Source: Desulfobulbus propionicus DSM 2032 (GTDB taxonomy: Bacteria; Desulfobacterota; Desulfobulbia; Desulfobulbales; Desulfobulbaceae). Taken from it: a DNA stretch of 32,000 bases. Where the stretch lies: NCBI RefSeq assembly GCF_000186885.1, contig NC_014972.1, forward strand, positions 2,160,001 to 2,192,000. The letters are read 5' to 3'. The notes beneath the pieces are model-generated. The model searched no databases. It was not told where the DNA came from and saw nothing but the letters and a program-made list of their open reading frames with translations. Positions 1 through 11,766 of this stretch are shown piece by piece; the first letter of the stretch is position 1, and every line of letters starts with the position of its first letter. Made by a program: the position numbers and the translations under genes.

Positions 1-346
1 CTTGTCATACAGGATTTAATCCTGTCAAACGGGACACAGTTGTGCCCTGCAGGATTGCCGCATTCAGACCGGCACATGGATCACCTCTGCAACTAACTCA
101 TTTTTCGACTTATTTCCCAAACTTTCTCTTCGCCTGTCTGGATGGAACGATTCTTGGACTGGTACATTGTAGGACTCTTGTTTTTTCCCGCCACCTTGTC
201 GTCAAGACAGGGACAGCTTTGTTGGCGTCCATTTTCCTGGAACATGCCGGCTCCCCCTGTCGCGACCTGGTGCCTTGCCCCGTGATGCACCCTCCTCCGC
301 CGATCGCGGAGGGGTGTCGCTCATTTCATTCCAAGGAGTATATCTG

Positions 347-808
347 ATGAAAAATGAACAATATATTTTTTCGTTTCGCGCCTGTCTTCTCGCCGCCCCG
401 ATCATCCTGGCCCTGAGCAGTCCGGCCGGGGCCAAGAGTATTGCCAAGGATCAGGTCAACATCCGCTCAAAACCAAGTCTCTCCAGCGAAATCATTTTCA
501 CGGCCCCCCTGGGCTACCCCATCAAGATCGAGCAGGAGGCCAACAACTGGTCCTTTTTCCACGATTGGCAAAACAATCGGGGCTGGGTCTACAAACCGCT
601 GGTCTCGGATATCGAGACAGCGGTGGTCGTGGTCGACAAGGCAAACATCCGAAACGCTTCCAATACCCGCTCGCAGGTGGTCAGCACAGCCGAACAAGGA
701 GAAATTTACAAGATACTCGCCAAAAAAGGCGACTGGGTCCGTCTGGGGTACTACCACGGCGGCGCGGAAGTCGGCTGGATTCACTCGGATCTCGTGTTCG
801 GCGAATGA
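347..808 (+). CDS. secreted bacterial SH3-domain protein (YgiM/SH3b-like)
   Basis: ORF MKNEQYIFSFRACLL... has an N-terminal signal peptide and two SH3b-like repeats (VNIRSKPSLSSEII...GWVYKPL; ANIRNASNTRSQVV...GWIHSDLVFGE). The ATG at 347 is preceded by AAGGAG. The ORF track start at 275 is probably too far upstream. Confidence 0.85.
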   Translation: MKNEQYIFSFRACLLAAPIILALSSPAGAKSIAKDQVNIRSKPSLSSEIIFTAPLGYPIKIEQEANNWSFFHDWQNNRGWVYKPLVSDIETAVVVVDKANIRNASNTRSQVVSTAEQGEIYKILAKKGDWVRLGYYHGGAEVGWIHSDLVFGE

Positions 809-895
809 ACCGCCTTGTGGTGTTGAACACCGGTCAACCCATGGTCCCGGCTGCGCCCTCGTGAAAGTCAGCCTAACCAAGCAGGAGGAACACAC

Positions 896-1561
896 ATGGG
901 AGAACCCTTTGTTGTCAAGGATTGCACCCTCATCTCCATTGCCACCGGGCAGGAAGCGCAAAATCTGCGCGAGTTGAGCGATCGGCTGGAAACGATCCAT
1001 CCCGGGTGCATCTACTATCATTTCTGGGGCGGAATGCTCCGCTCCAGTTTCGACGAACCCGAATACCAGAATGACTTTGCCGCCTGGGCGTGGCGCAGCC
1101 TGCACGACTCCCGCCTGGCCGAGCGGCTGGCGATCATCGACCCCAGCCACCATCGGGAGATGGACGACCTGCGGCGGGAACTGCTGGACGTGATCGAGGA
1201 GCGGCTGGCGGAAAGCGAGTTCGTGCCCTGGGCTCGCGCCGGACAGCGGTTCAAGTTCATCCGCTCGCAGATCCTGGTGTTCGATACCGGATGCCGGATT
1301 CTGAAACCGCGGGACATGGCCGAACAGATCGCCCGCATGTCGCTGGGGTCGATCTTTTACCATTTCATCGATGCCCGGCGGCGCACGGAGCGCGGCCGCA
1401 GCGATTTTGTCGAATGGCTGGCCAGCTTCGGCAACGGCGATTATGACGAGCTGATCAAAAACATCAATGCCATCGACCCCTATTTCACCACTCTGGCGGA
1501 ACTGCGCCGGGAACTGGCCGGGGTTTTCGACCGCTGTCTTGCCGAAGGAGGGACCCCATGA
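896..1561 (+). CDS. DUF5752 family protein, 221 aa
   Basis: MGEPFVVKDCTLISIATGQEAQNLRELSDRLETIHPGCIYYHFWGG... resembles DUF5752 proteins that sit next to trehalose-type glycosyltransferases. AGGAGG RBS upstream. Stop overlaps the next start at 1558. Confidence 0.75.
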   Translation: MGEPFVVKDCTLISIATGQEAQNLRELSDRLETIHPGCIYYHFWGGMLRSSFDEPEYQNDFAAWAWRSLHDSRLAERLAIIDPSHHREMDDLRRELLDVIEERLAESEFVPWARAGQRFKFIRSQILVFDTGCRILKPRDMAEQIARMSLGSIFYHFIDARRRTERGRSDFVEWLASFGNGDYDELIKNINAIDPYFTTLAELRRELAGVFDRCLAEGGTP

Positions 1562-2793
1562 CCAGTGTACTCGAACGCTATGTCCCCATTGTCGGCGCCG
1601 AGGTCATCGACCATCTCCGCCATCTGGCCGAACCGCTCAGGGGCATGAAGGTCGTGCACGTCAACTCCACCCGCGAGGGCGGCGGCGTGGCCGAGATTCT
1701 CAGCTGGCTGATTCCCTTCAAGCGGGAACTGGGCCTGGATGCCCGGTGGGAGGTGATCTCCGGCGAGAAGGATTTTTATCAGTGCACCAAGAGCTTCCAT
1801 AACGGGCTGCAAGGCACGCCGGTGGCGCTTCCGTCGTCCCTGCTCCGCGCCTATGAGCAAACCAATCGCGACAATGCCGAGCGGTTGCGTCCCCTTCTGG
1901 AGGACGCGGATTTCGTCTTTATCCATGACCCGCAGCCCGCGCCGCTGCTCCGTCTCTGTCCCGGCCGCAAGGGCAAATGGGTGTGGCGCTGCCATATCGA
2001 CCTCAGCCACCCGTATCGGGCGGTGTGGAAATACCTGCGTGACGTGGTCGCCGGATACGACGCCTCCATCTGGTCCCTGGCCGACTTCGCCCAGCCCTTG
2101 CCGCACCCCTTGTACCTGATTGCCCCCAGTATCGATCCGCTCAGCCAGAAGAACCGGGAGCTGTATCCGGGCGAGGTCGAGGCGGTGTTCGACCGCTATG
2201 GCCTTGATCCTGACCTGCCGCTGATCACCCAGGTGTCGCGCTTTGACCGCTTCAAGGACCCCTTGGGCGTGCTCCATGCCTACAGGCTGGTCAAGGAGTT
2301 CACCCCGGTGCAGCTAGTGCTGGCCGGCGGCGGGGCGAGCGACGATCCGGAAGGGGAAGAGGTGCTGCGCGAGGTGCGCGAGGCGGCCGGCGACGATCCG
2401 GATATCCATATCCTGCTCCTGCCCGCCGATGCCCATCGGGAGATCAATGGCCTGCAACGGGCCTCGACCATTGTCCTGCAGAAATCGACCCGGGAAGGAT
2501 TCGGCCTCACCGTCACCGAAGCGATGTGGAAGGGCAAGCCGGTCATAGGCGGTGATACCGGCGGCATACGCCTGCAGGTGATCAACCATCACACCGGGTT
2601 TTTGGTCAACACCCCGGAAGGCGCGGCCCTGCGCATTCGTTACCTGCTCAAGAACCGCGACCGGCTGGAAGAGATGGGCCGCAAGGCGCAGTCGTTTGCC
2701 CTCAACAATTTTTTGGTCACCCGCCACCTGCGGGAATACCTCACCCTGATGATCGCCACCCGGCACAAGGGTGTTGAGCGGATCGAGCTGTGA
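1558..2793 (+). CDS. treT: GT4-family glycosyltransferase, TreT-like trehalose synthase
   Basis: MKVVHVNSTREGGGVAEILSWLIPFKRELGLDARWEVISG, ...QVSRFDRFKDPLGVL..., ...STREGFGLTVTEAMWKGKPVIGGDTGGI: TreT / trehalose glycosyltransferring synthase-like GT4 motifs. ATG overlaps upstream TGA. Confidence 0.75.
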   Translation: MTSVLERYVPIVGAEVIDHLRHLAEPLRGMKVVHVNSTREGGGVAEILSWLIPFKRELGLDARWEVISGEKDFYQCTKSFHNGLQGTPVALPSSLLRAYEQTNRDNAERLRPLLEDADFVFIHDPQPAPLLRLCPGRKGKWVWRCHIDLSHPYRAVWKYLRDVVAGYDASIWSLADFAQPLPHPLYLIAPSIDPLSQKNRELYPGEVEAVFDRYGLDPDLPLITQVSRFDRFKDPLGVLHAYRLVKEFTPVQLVLAGGGASDDPEGEEVLREVREAAGDDPDIHILLLPADAHREINGLQRASTIVLQKSTREGFGLTVTEAMWKGKPVIGGDTGGIRLQVINHHTGFLVNTPEGAALRIRYLLKNRDRLEEMGRKAQSFALNNFLVTRHLREYLTLMIATRHKGVERIEL

Positions 2794-3623
2794 GGGGCAC
2801 GAAACCACCCCGTCACGCCCTCCTGGCGGAGCTGCCCCGTTTCTGGGAGCGGGTTGGCGATGCGTCCAGCCGCTTTCTCGGCCTGGATTACGACGGCACC
2901 CTGGCACCCTTTGCCGTCGACCCCATGGAGGCGCGGCCTCTTCCCGGCATTGCCGACCTGCTCCGTGCCCTGACCGTCGACACCGCCACCGAGGTGGCGA
3001 TCATCTCCGGCCGGCCGGCGGCCGAGGTCATGGCCCTGCTCGACGGTCCGCCGGTCACCGTGGTCGGCAATCACGGCTATGAACTGTGTCCGGTGGACGG
3101 CGACCCGGTCATTCGCCAGCCGACACCGGAGCAGCGGCAGGGGTTGGACAACATTCGCGCCGTTCTCCAGCAACGGGGCTACGGCCGCGCATTGGAAAAC
3201 AAGATGGCCTCGCTGGCCGTGCATACCCGGGGCCTTGAACCAGTGACCGCCGTGGCCCTGGAACAGGAGGTGCTGAGTGAATGGGGCGCCTTTGCCCTGG
3301 ATCACGGTCTGGAATGCCGCTGGTTCAACGGCGGGGTGGAGATTCGCTGCATCGGCTGGCACAAGGGCGACGCCCTGCGCAGCCTGCTCGATCAACAGCC
3401 CCGCGGAACCCTGGCGGTCTATGTCGGCGACGATGAAACCGACGAGGATGCCTTTGCCGCCCTTGAGGGACGGGGCATCGGCATCAAGGTCGGCCGGGAT
3501 GCACGGCCGACCGCTGCCCGGGCCACGCTTGCCGACTGCGCGGCGGTGGCCGATTTTCTTCGCGCCTGGCGGACGGTCACCACAACCCACAGGAGGAATG
3601 CACCATGGAAACAACCCGACTGA
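2790..3623 (+). CDS. otsB: trehalose-6-phosphate phosphatase
   Basis: HAD motif LGLDYDGTLAPFAVDP, then GHKGDALRSLL and YVGDDETDEDAFAAL near the C-terminus, typical of OtsB. GTG start overlaps the upstream stop. Confidence 0.9.
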   Translation: MRGTKPPRHALLAELPRFWERVGDASSRFLGLDYDGTLAPFAVDPMEARPLPGIADLLRALTVDTATEVAIISGRPAAEVMALLDGPPVTVVGNHGYELCPVDGDPVIRQPTPEQRQGLDNIRAVLQQRGYGRALENKMASLAVHTRGLEPVTAVALEQEVLSEWGAFALDHGLECRWFNGGVEIRCIGWHKGDALRSLLDQQPRGTLAVYVGDDETDEDAFAALEGRGIGIKVGRDARPTAARATLADCAAVADFLRAWRTVTTTHRRNAPWKQPD

Positions 3624-5101
3624 CCGTCGTCTCCAACCGATTGGCGATTGTGGTCGACCGCGAGCAGGATGGCCGATGGACCATCAAGCCCGGGTCCGGA
3701 GGTTTGGTTACCGCCCTGGGGCCGGTTTTGCGCGATCGCGGCGGCCAATGGATAGGCTGGCTCGGCTCCAATCTCCAGGGCGAGCTCGACGAGGCGGCGC
3801 TCAGGGACCTGCTGGCTCGGGGATCGCGGGAAACCGGGTATGCCCTCAAACCGGTGGAACTGGATGACGAAGAGATCCAGAAATATTATTTCGGCTTCTC
3901 CAACGAGATCCTCTGGCCCCTGTTCCACGACCTGCCCTCGCGCTGCAATTTCGACCCGGCCTACTGGACCGTGTATGAACGGGTCAACGCCAAATTCGCC
4001 CGGGTGGTGGCGCAGAATACCGATGAAAAGGAAGATTATGTCTGGGTGCACGATTACCAGCTGATCCTGGTGGCGGCCCATCTCAAGGCCATGGGGGTCC
4101 GCCGGAGCACCGGCTTTTTTCTCCACATCCCCTTCCCGCCCCTGGACGGCTTCATCCGCCTGCCCTGGCGCTCCCAGATCCTCAACGCCCTGCTCCAGTA
4201 CGATCTGATCGGTTTTCAGACCGTGCGCGATCGGCGCAACTTCATGGACTGCGTGCGCATGCTGCTGCCGCAGACCCGGGTGGTCGGCCATGGTCACATC
4301 GCCCGCTGTCTGACCCCGGAGCGCGAGGTCCTGGTGGGCGTCTTCCCGATCAGCATCGATTTTCGGCAATTCGCCGACACGGCGGCCAGTCAGGAGGTCC
4401 AGGACCAGGCATGGATCATCCATGCCAACCTGCCCGAACGGCAGTTGATCCTCGGGGTCGACCGGCTTGACTACACCAAGGGCATTCCCCTTCGACTCCA
4501 GGCCTTTGCCAATGCCCTGGAACGGTATCCGGAACTGCGCGGCACAATAACCCTGGTTCAGGTGGTGGTGCCCAGCCGCGCGGAGGTGCCCGAATACGAA
4601 ACCCTCAAGCGGGAGATCGAACGCCTGGTGGGCGAAATCAACGGCCGCTTCACCGAGGTCGGCTGGACACCGATCCACTACATCTACCGCTCGTTATCCC
4701 GGGTGGAACTGCTGGCCTACTACCGAACCTGCGAGATCGCCCTGATCACCCCGCTCAAGGACGGCATGAACCTGGTGGCCAAGGAATTTTGCGCCTGTTC
4801 GATCGAAAACAACGGTGTGCTCATCCTCAGCGAATTTGCCGGGGCAGCGGCCCAACTGCACAACGGCGCGTTGCTGGTCAATCCTTTTGACATCCGGGGA
4901 GTGGCCGACGCCATTCATCGGGCCTGCGCCATGGACACCGTCAGCCGCCAGGCGCGGATGGAAAAGATGCGCCGCTCCATCCAGAAGCACAACATTTTTC
5001 ACTGGGTCAATGCCTTCCTCCGCACCGGCATCCACAAGGATCTCAACCAGTTTCCCAGGGTGGAATTTTTCGTCCCCAAACTGGCTGCTCCGGCCATCTA
5101 G
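3605..5101 (+). CDS. otsA: alpha,alpha-trehalose-phosphate synthase (GT20)
   Basis: [12 protein letters not shown]...[73 protein letters not shown]: canonical OtsA/GT20 motifs. A GgpS-type substrate cannot be excluded from sequence. Confidence 0.9.
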   Translation: METTRLTVVSNRLAIVVDREQDGRWTIKPGSGGLVTALGPVLRDRGGQWIGWLGSNLQGELDEAALRDLLARGSRETGYALKPVELDDEEIQKYYFGFSNEILWPLFHDLPSRCNFDPAYWTVYERVNAKFARVVAQNTDEKEDYVWVHDYQLILVAAHLKAMGVRRSTGFFLHIPFPPLDGFIRLPWRSQILNALLQYDLIGFQTVRDRRNFMDCVRMLLPQTRVVGHGHIARCLTPEREVLVGVFPISIDFRQFADTAASQEVQDQAWIIHANLPERQLILGVDRLDYTKGIPLRLQAFANALERYPELRGTITLVQVVVPSRAEVPEYETLKREIERLVGEINGRFTEVGWTPIHYIYRSLSRVELLAYYRTCEIALITPLKDGMNLVAKEFCACSIENNGVLILSEFAGAAAQLHNGALLVNPFDIRGVADAIHRACAMDTVSRQARMEKMRRSIQKHNIFHWVNAFLRTGIHKDLNQFPRVEFFVPKLAAPAI

Positions 5102-5120
5102 CCCACCCCCGCCACATCAC

Positions 5121-5153
5121 AAAAAAAGCGCAACCACCTCAAATGGTTACGCT
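5121..5153 (-). terminator. rho-independent terminator of the ferritin-like gene
   Basis: On the - strand: AGCGTAACC-ATTTGAGGT-GGTTGCGCT (9-bp stem with one G-U) followed by a T-run. It lies just past the stop at 5233. Confidence 0.85.
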
Positions 5154-5232
5154 CAATGGTCATTCCCTGTCCCCGCCAGGCCGGCGGAACGTGTCCTGCC
5201 GGTCCGGCAGCGGCCTGCTCGGACGAAGTGGA

Positions 5233-5562
5233 TTATTTCTTGTGTTTGTTGATTTCTTCCTCGACCTCCTGGGCACCTTCCGCATACAGCTTTTCTTCCT
5301 CAGGGTCCAGCTCGTGCAGAAGCCGGAGAAATTCACCGGCATGCACCCGCTCCTCGTCGGCGATATCCGTCAGCACCTCGATGGCAAGCGTGTTGTCGGT
5401 TGATTCGGCCAACTGCATGTACAGCTGAATGGCCTCGTATTCGGCGGCGATCATGAACCTGATCGCGCGCACCAGTTCCGCATGGGTCAGTTTTCTCTCC
5501 TTGGCCAATCCCGCAAAGGGCGATCCAAACTCAGGCATCGGTGTTCTCCTTTCTCTGTTCAT
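5233..5562 (-). CDS. short ferritin-like protein related to encapsulated ferritins, about 101-110 aa
   Basis: MPEFGSPFAGLAKERKLTHAELVRAIRFMIAAEYEAIQLYMQLAESTDNTLAIEVLTDIADEERVHAGEFLRLLHELDPEEEKLYAEGAQEVEEE: E(x)6Y and EExxH ligands in a two-helix protein. A downstream ATG (MPEF...) is the more likely start. Confidence 0.85.
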   Translation of the reverse strand: MNRERRTPMPEFGSPFAGLAKERKLTHAELVRAIRFMIAAEYEAIQLYMQLAESTDNTLAIEVLTDIADEERVHAGEFLRLLHELDPEEEKLYAEGAQEVEEEINKHKK

Positions 5563-5615
5563 TATGGTTTTCCGGCGTTTTTAAAAAAGCCGGATTGCAC
5601 TGCCGATAAAAACGG

Positions 5616-7202
5616 TCAATGTAGATTGTACTTCCGCTTCATTTCCTCATAGACCAGTGACGAAAAATCGCGAATGACCCCGCCGCCGGAAACCATCCAT
5701 TGTTTGTAATCGGCCGGTTTTGAGGCACGCTCGACAATGCCGACAATGGCATAGGGTACCCGTCGCCCGTCCCTGGTCTTCGGCACCAGGATGCCCATGT
5801 CCCCGCAAAGCAAGGCCGTGGTGCCGGTTTTGTTGAACACCTGGGTTCCGGAAGGCACCTCGGTACCGCAGAAAATACGATCGCGCCCCGGCAGGGACAT
5901 TACCCGCAGCATTTCCTTGGAATAGGGCAGCTGATAGTTCCACAAAGCCTTGAGAAACTGGATGTAAGCCAACGGCGGAGCACTGTTTTTATAGGTCTTG
6001 CCTCCCGGCGGGATATATTCCCTGATCCGGACCTGCCGCAACATGGCCCCATATTCCTTCTTCAGCAAAGCCTCGCATTTCGCCGGCCCCCCCAGTTGCC
6101 GGATGAACCAGTTGGTGGCCGAATTGCTGCTTTGTTGAATCATGGCCTCCATCATGTGTCGGTGCTGCGCGGTATAGGACAGCTTCCCCTTGTCCACCTG
6201 ATGGAAAAAGGCCAGGGCGACAAAGGGCTTGATCATGCTGGCCGCTTGAAAGGCGCGTTGCGAGTTGACGCTGGTCAGATAGGTATTCCTGGTCAGGTCG
6301 TAGGCCACCAGCGCGGCCCGTTCCCTTTGCCGCAACCGGCCCTTTGCCTGCTGCTTCCGAAGGAAGTCATTCATTTTTATACTCAGCCCGCCGCCAGCGG
6401 TTTCGGAGGGTGGATCTGCCGGGGTGGCGATCACGGTTTCCTTGTCTTGGCAGCGCTCGCCGGCAGTTGTTTTTTTCCCTTTGCTCGTTCGCTGTTCCCG
6501 CCCCGGCTGCACGATGGCCGCCTGCACGGTTTTGCCTTGGCGGCGTTCAGAACCCAAATCGGCAACCGTGGCCAGATTGGTGTTCGGCCCCGCCATCGGC
6601 CGTTCAACGGCCGCGATGACGGCCGGAGCGATCTTCCTGCCACGCAGCAGCGCGCCGTGCTGCTTGGCCGTTCTCGCTGCCATGGTTTTGCTGCTCCAGC
6701 ATCTATAAACAATTGAAAAGGTTCGAGAATCGACCCGTTCGATGGCCAGCCGCTTGCCAGCCTGCACCCCAAGCGCCTGCTTGATGGAGCGGTAGTCTTT
6801 CGTCAGGCGCTCGACGCTGGGTCCTTTCAGGTAGCCAATATGGTACAGGGCATGATGGCCCTTGGCCTTGGTGACCTGCGCTGGTTTCAGCCCTGCCCGC
6901 CGCAGTTTCCTGGACTGCTGTTCCGCGGTCTTCTTGGCCTGGTCGAGCGTTCCCCGCAGGGGATGAATCACCCCAAACTGCTGATCCCGCCCAACGATCA
7001 GCAGCTGACGGTCAATGGCCATTTGCAAGAGGCCAGCCACTTTTCTGCGGTAATCGAGAACGCGCTGGATGTCCGTGTCCCACCCATAGGCGATATCATA
7101 GCGTTGATCGGCGGGCGCGGCGGCCAACGCAGGCGCGCAGGACAAGAAGAGGAGAACAAAAAGAATCAAGGACGATGCTTTCATTGCGGTTCGAACGATC
7201 AT
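5616..7202 (-). CDS. secreted serine beta-lactamase / PBP-like hydrolase with a SPOR-like N-terminal region
   Basis: Signal peptide (MKASSLILFVLLFLSCAPALAA); S-x-x-K (ASMIKPF), SNS (QQSSNSATNW) and KTG (FNKTGTT) motifs of class A beta-lactamase-fold serine hydrolases. Start could be ATG 7202 or 7184; the ORF track start at 7277 is probably too long. Confidence 0.75.
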   Translation of the reverse strand: MIVRTAMKASSLILFVLLFLSCAPALAAAPADQRYDIAYGWDTDIQRVLDYRRKVAGLLQMAIDRQLLIVGRDQQFGVIHPLRGTLDQAKKTAEQQSRKLRRAGLKPAQVTKAKGHHALYHIGYLKGPSVERLTKDYRSIKQALGVQAGKRLAIERVDSRTFSIVYRCWSSKTMAARTAKQHGALLRGRKIAPAVIAAVERPMAGPNTNLATVADLGSERRQGKTVQAAIVQPGREQRTSKGKKTTAGERCQDKETVIATPADPPSETAGGGLSIKMNDFLRKQQAKGRLRQRERAALVAYDLTRNTYLTSVNSQRAFQAASMIKPFVALAFFHQVDKGKLSYTAQHRHMMEAMIQQSSNSATNWFIRQLGGPAKCEALLKKEYGAMLRQVRIREYIPPGGKTYKNSAPPLAYIQFLKALWNYQLPYSKEMLRVMSLPGRDRIFCGTEVPSGTQVFNKTGTTALLCGDMGILVPKTRDGRRVPYAIVGIVERASKPADYKQWMVSGGGVIRDFSSLVYEEMKRKYNLH

Positions 7203-7236
7203 GGGAAATACCGATACCGTGTGGCTGCGGGACAGT

Positions 7237-8532
7237 TCATCGGGAAGTGGGAAGCGGCGTGACCAGTATTTTATCAATGCGGTTCATATCCATGTCAACA
7301 ACCTCGAATCGATGCCCGCACGCCTCGAAACCATCTGTTTCCATGGGTATGCGGCCAAGCATGTGAATAACAAATCCGCCCAGGGTGTGATAGGCATGGC
7401 CGTCGTCGCCGGGCAGCGCTTGATCGATGCCAAGGGTTGCCTTGACCCGGTCGATGGCGGCGCTGCCATCAACAAGCCAGGAGCCGTCCTCGCGGCGCGT
7501 GCATTCCTGCCCATCGGCCAGCTTGGAGTTCGGCAGCTCTCCGACAATGGCGGCGAGCACGTCGGTGAGGGTGACAAACCCTTGAATGTCGCCGTATTCA
7601 TCGACAACTAGGGCGCATTGCAGTTGGACCCTGCGCAGATGTTCCAGCAGCTGGGTGGTGGTGACATACTCGGGAATGTACAGGGGCTGGCGAAGATGGT
7701 GTTCAATCTGGAGCGGTTCGCAGGCCAGGGCGGCTTTGAGCAGATCAGCGGTACGCAACAGGCCGACCACCTCCTCCAGGCCGCCCCGGCAGACAAGAAT
7801 CCGCGAGAAGGGGCAGTCGGCCAGCTGTTCACGCAGTTCATTTTCCGGCTTGTTCAGATCAAGCATGTGAATATCCTGGCGATGGGTCATGATCGCCACC
7901 ACCGGCTGCTCGTCCAGGCGAAGCACATTGGAAACCAGCGTCCGCTCGCTCTGGTGAAAGACGCCGGCTTGCGCCCCCTGCTCCATCAGCAGTTTGATTT
8001 CCTCGTTGGTGACCGCCGCCGAATCCCGCGTACCGGTGCCGGCTCCCCGCAACAGCAGCGTGGACGAGGCCGAGAGCAGCCAGATCAGGGGCTTGGTCCA
8101 CCGGGCCAGCACCTTCATCGGCCGCGCGACCAACAAGGCAATGCGTTCCGGTTGCAGCAACCCGAGATGTTTGGGCACCAGCTCGCCCACGACCACGGAA
8201 AAATAGGTCAGGGCGATGACCACGGTTGCCAGGGCAATGGGTCTGGCATGGGGCTGCACTGCCGGGAAAGCGGCCAACCAGGCGGCAAGCGGTTCGACCA
8301 AGGCGTTTTCGCCCACCGCGCCGCTCAAAATGCCCACCATGGTTATACCGACTTGCACGGTGGAAAGAAAGCCCGTCGGATTATTTTTCAGCGCCAGGGC
8401 CGAGTTGGCGCCGCGCCGCCCGTCGTTTGCCAGTTTGTGCAGGCGAAAATCCCGTGACGAGAGCACGGCGATTTCCGACATGGCAAAGAGTCCGTTGAGC
8501 AGGATAAGCAGAAGAAGAAAAAGAAGTTCCAT
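7237..8532 (-). CDS. CNNM / HlyC-CorC family membrane protein with CBS domains
   Basis: MELLFLLLLILLNGLFAMSEIAVLSSRDFRLHKLANDG...GFLSTVQVGITMVGILSGAVGE..., CBS region (VVAIMTHRQDIHMLDLNKPENE...), C-terminal CorC_HlyC region (TLGGFVIHMLGRIPMETDGFEACGHRFEVVDMDMNRIDKILVTP). Confidence 0.9.
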   Translation of the reverse strand: MELLFLLLLILLNGLFAMSEIAVLSSRDFRLHKLANDGRRGANSALALKNNPTGFLSTVQVGITMVGILSGAVGENALVEPLAAWLAAFPAVQPHARPIALATVVIALTYFSVVVGELVPKHLGLLQPERIALLVARPMKVLARWTKPLIWLLSASSTLLLRGAGTGTRDSAAVTNEEIKLLMEQGAQAGVFHQSERTLVSNVLRLDEQPVVAIMTHRQDIHMLDLNKPENELREQLADCPFSRILVCRGGLEEVVGLLRTADLLKAALACEPLQIEHHLRQPLYIPEYVTTTQLLEHLRRVQLQCALVVDEYGDIQGFVTLTDVLAAIVGELPNSKLADGQECTRREDGSWLVDGSAAIDRVKATLGIDQALPGDDGHAYHTLGGFVIHMLGRIPMETDGFEACGHRFEVVDMDMNRIDKILVTPLPTSR

Positions 8533-8791
8533 AACGCTCTGCCAAGGAAGATAACTCGCGGTTTCCAGGGATGCGCGGGACTGGCGGCCACGGTCGAGGC
8601 ATCCTCCCCTCGTGGGCACCCCGTGCCCGTCGCCGGGCGGCCCGCTTTCGGCGCGATCCACTCGCAGCTGTCCGTCCGCAATCGCCCTGCATCCTATCAA
8701 CATACAACTTTATCGCGCGGAATGGTACAAGCTGATTGTGCTCCCATCCGCTAGACAACCGCAGCAAGGGCCACTGAGTGCCTGCTCTCTT

Positions 8792-8820
8792 TTGACATCG
8801 TCCCCTATTCCCGATATGGT
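8792..8820 (+). promoter_or_regulatory. sigma70-like promoter
   Basis: TTGACA (8792-8797), 17-bp spacer, TATGGT (8815-8820), about 50 bp upstream of the ATG at 8872. Confidence 0.6.
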
Positions 8821-8871
8821 ACAACAAACCGAGTGACTCGATCCAGGTCGCCCTTGGGCGGGGAGAGACTG

Positions 8872-11762
<2,891 letters not shown>

Positions 11763-11766
<4 letters not shown>

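Noticed and set aside
1-346. Small ORFs and a short palindrome CAGGATT-T-AATCCTG (10-24) at the window start
   Set aside because: Too short and context is cut by the window edge; no gene or terminator with a T-run can be supported.
467-4678. Long antisense ORFs (467-1363, 1480-2277, 2640-3614, 3419-4678) opposite the trehalose cluster
   Set aside because: They mirror well-supported GC-rich genes on the other strand, have no recognisable motifs and look like codon-bias shadow ORFs.
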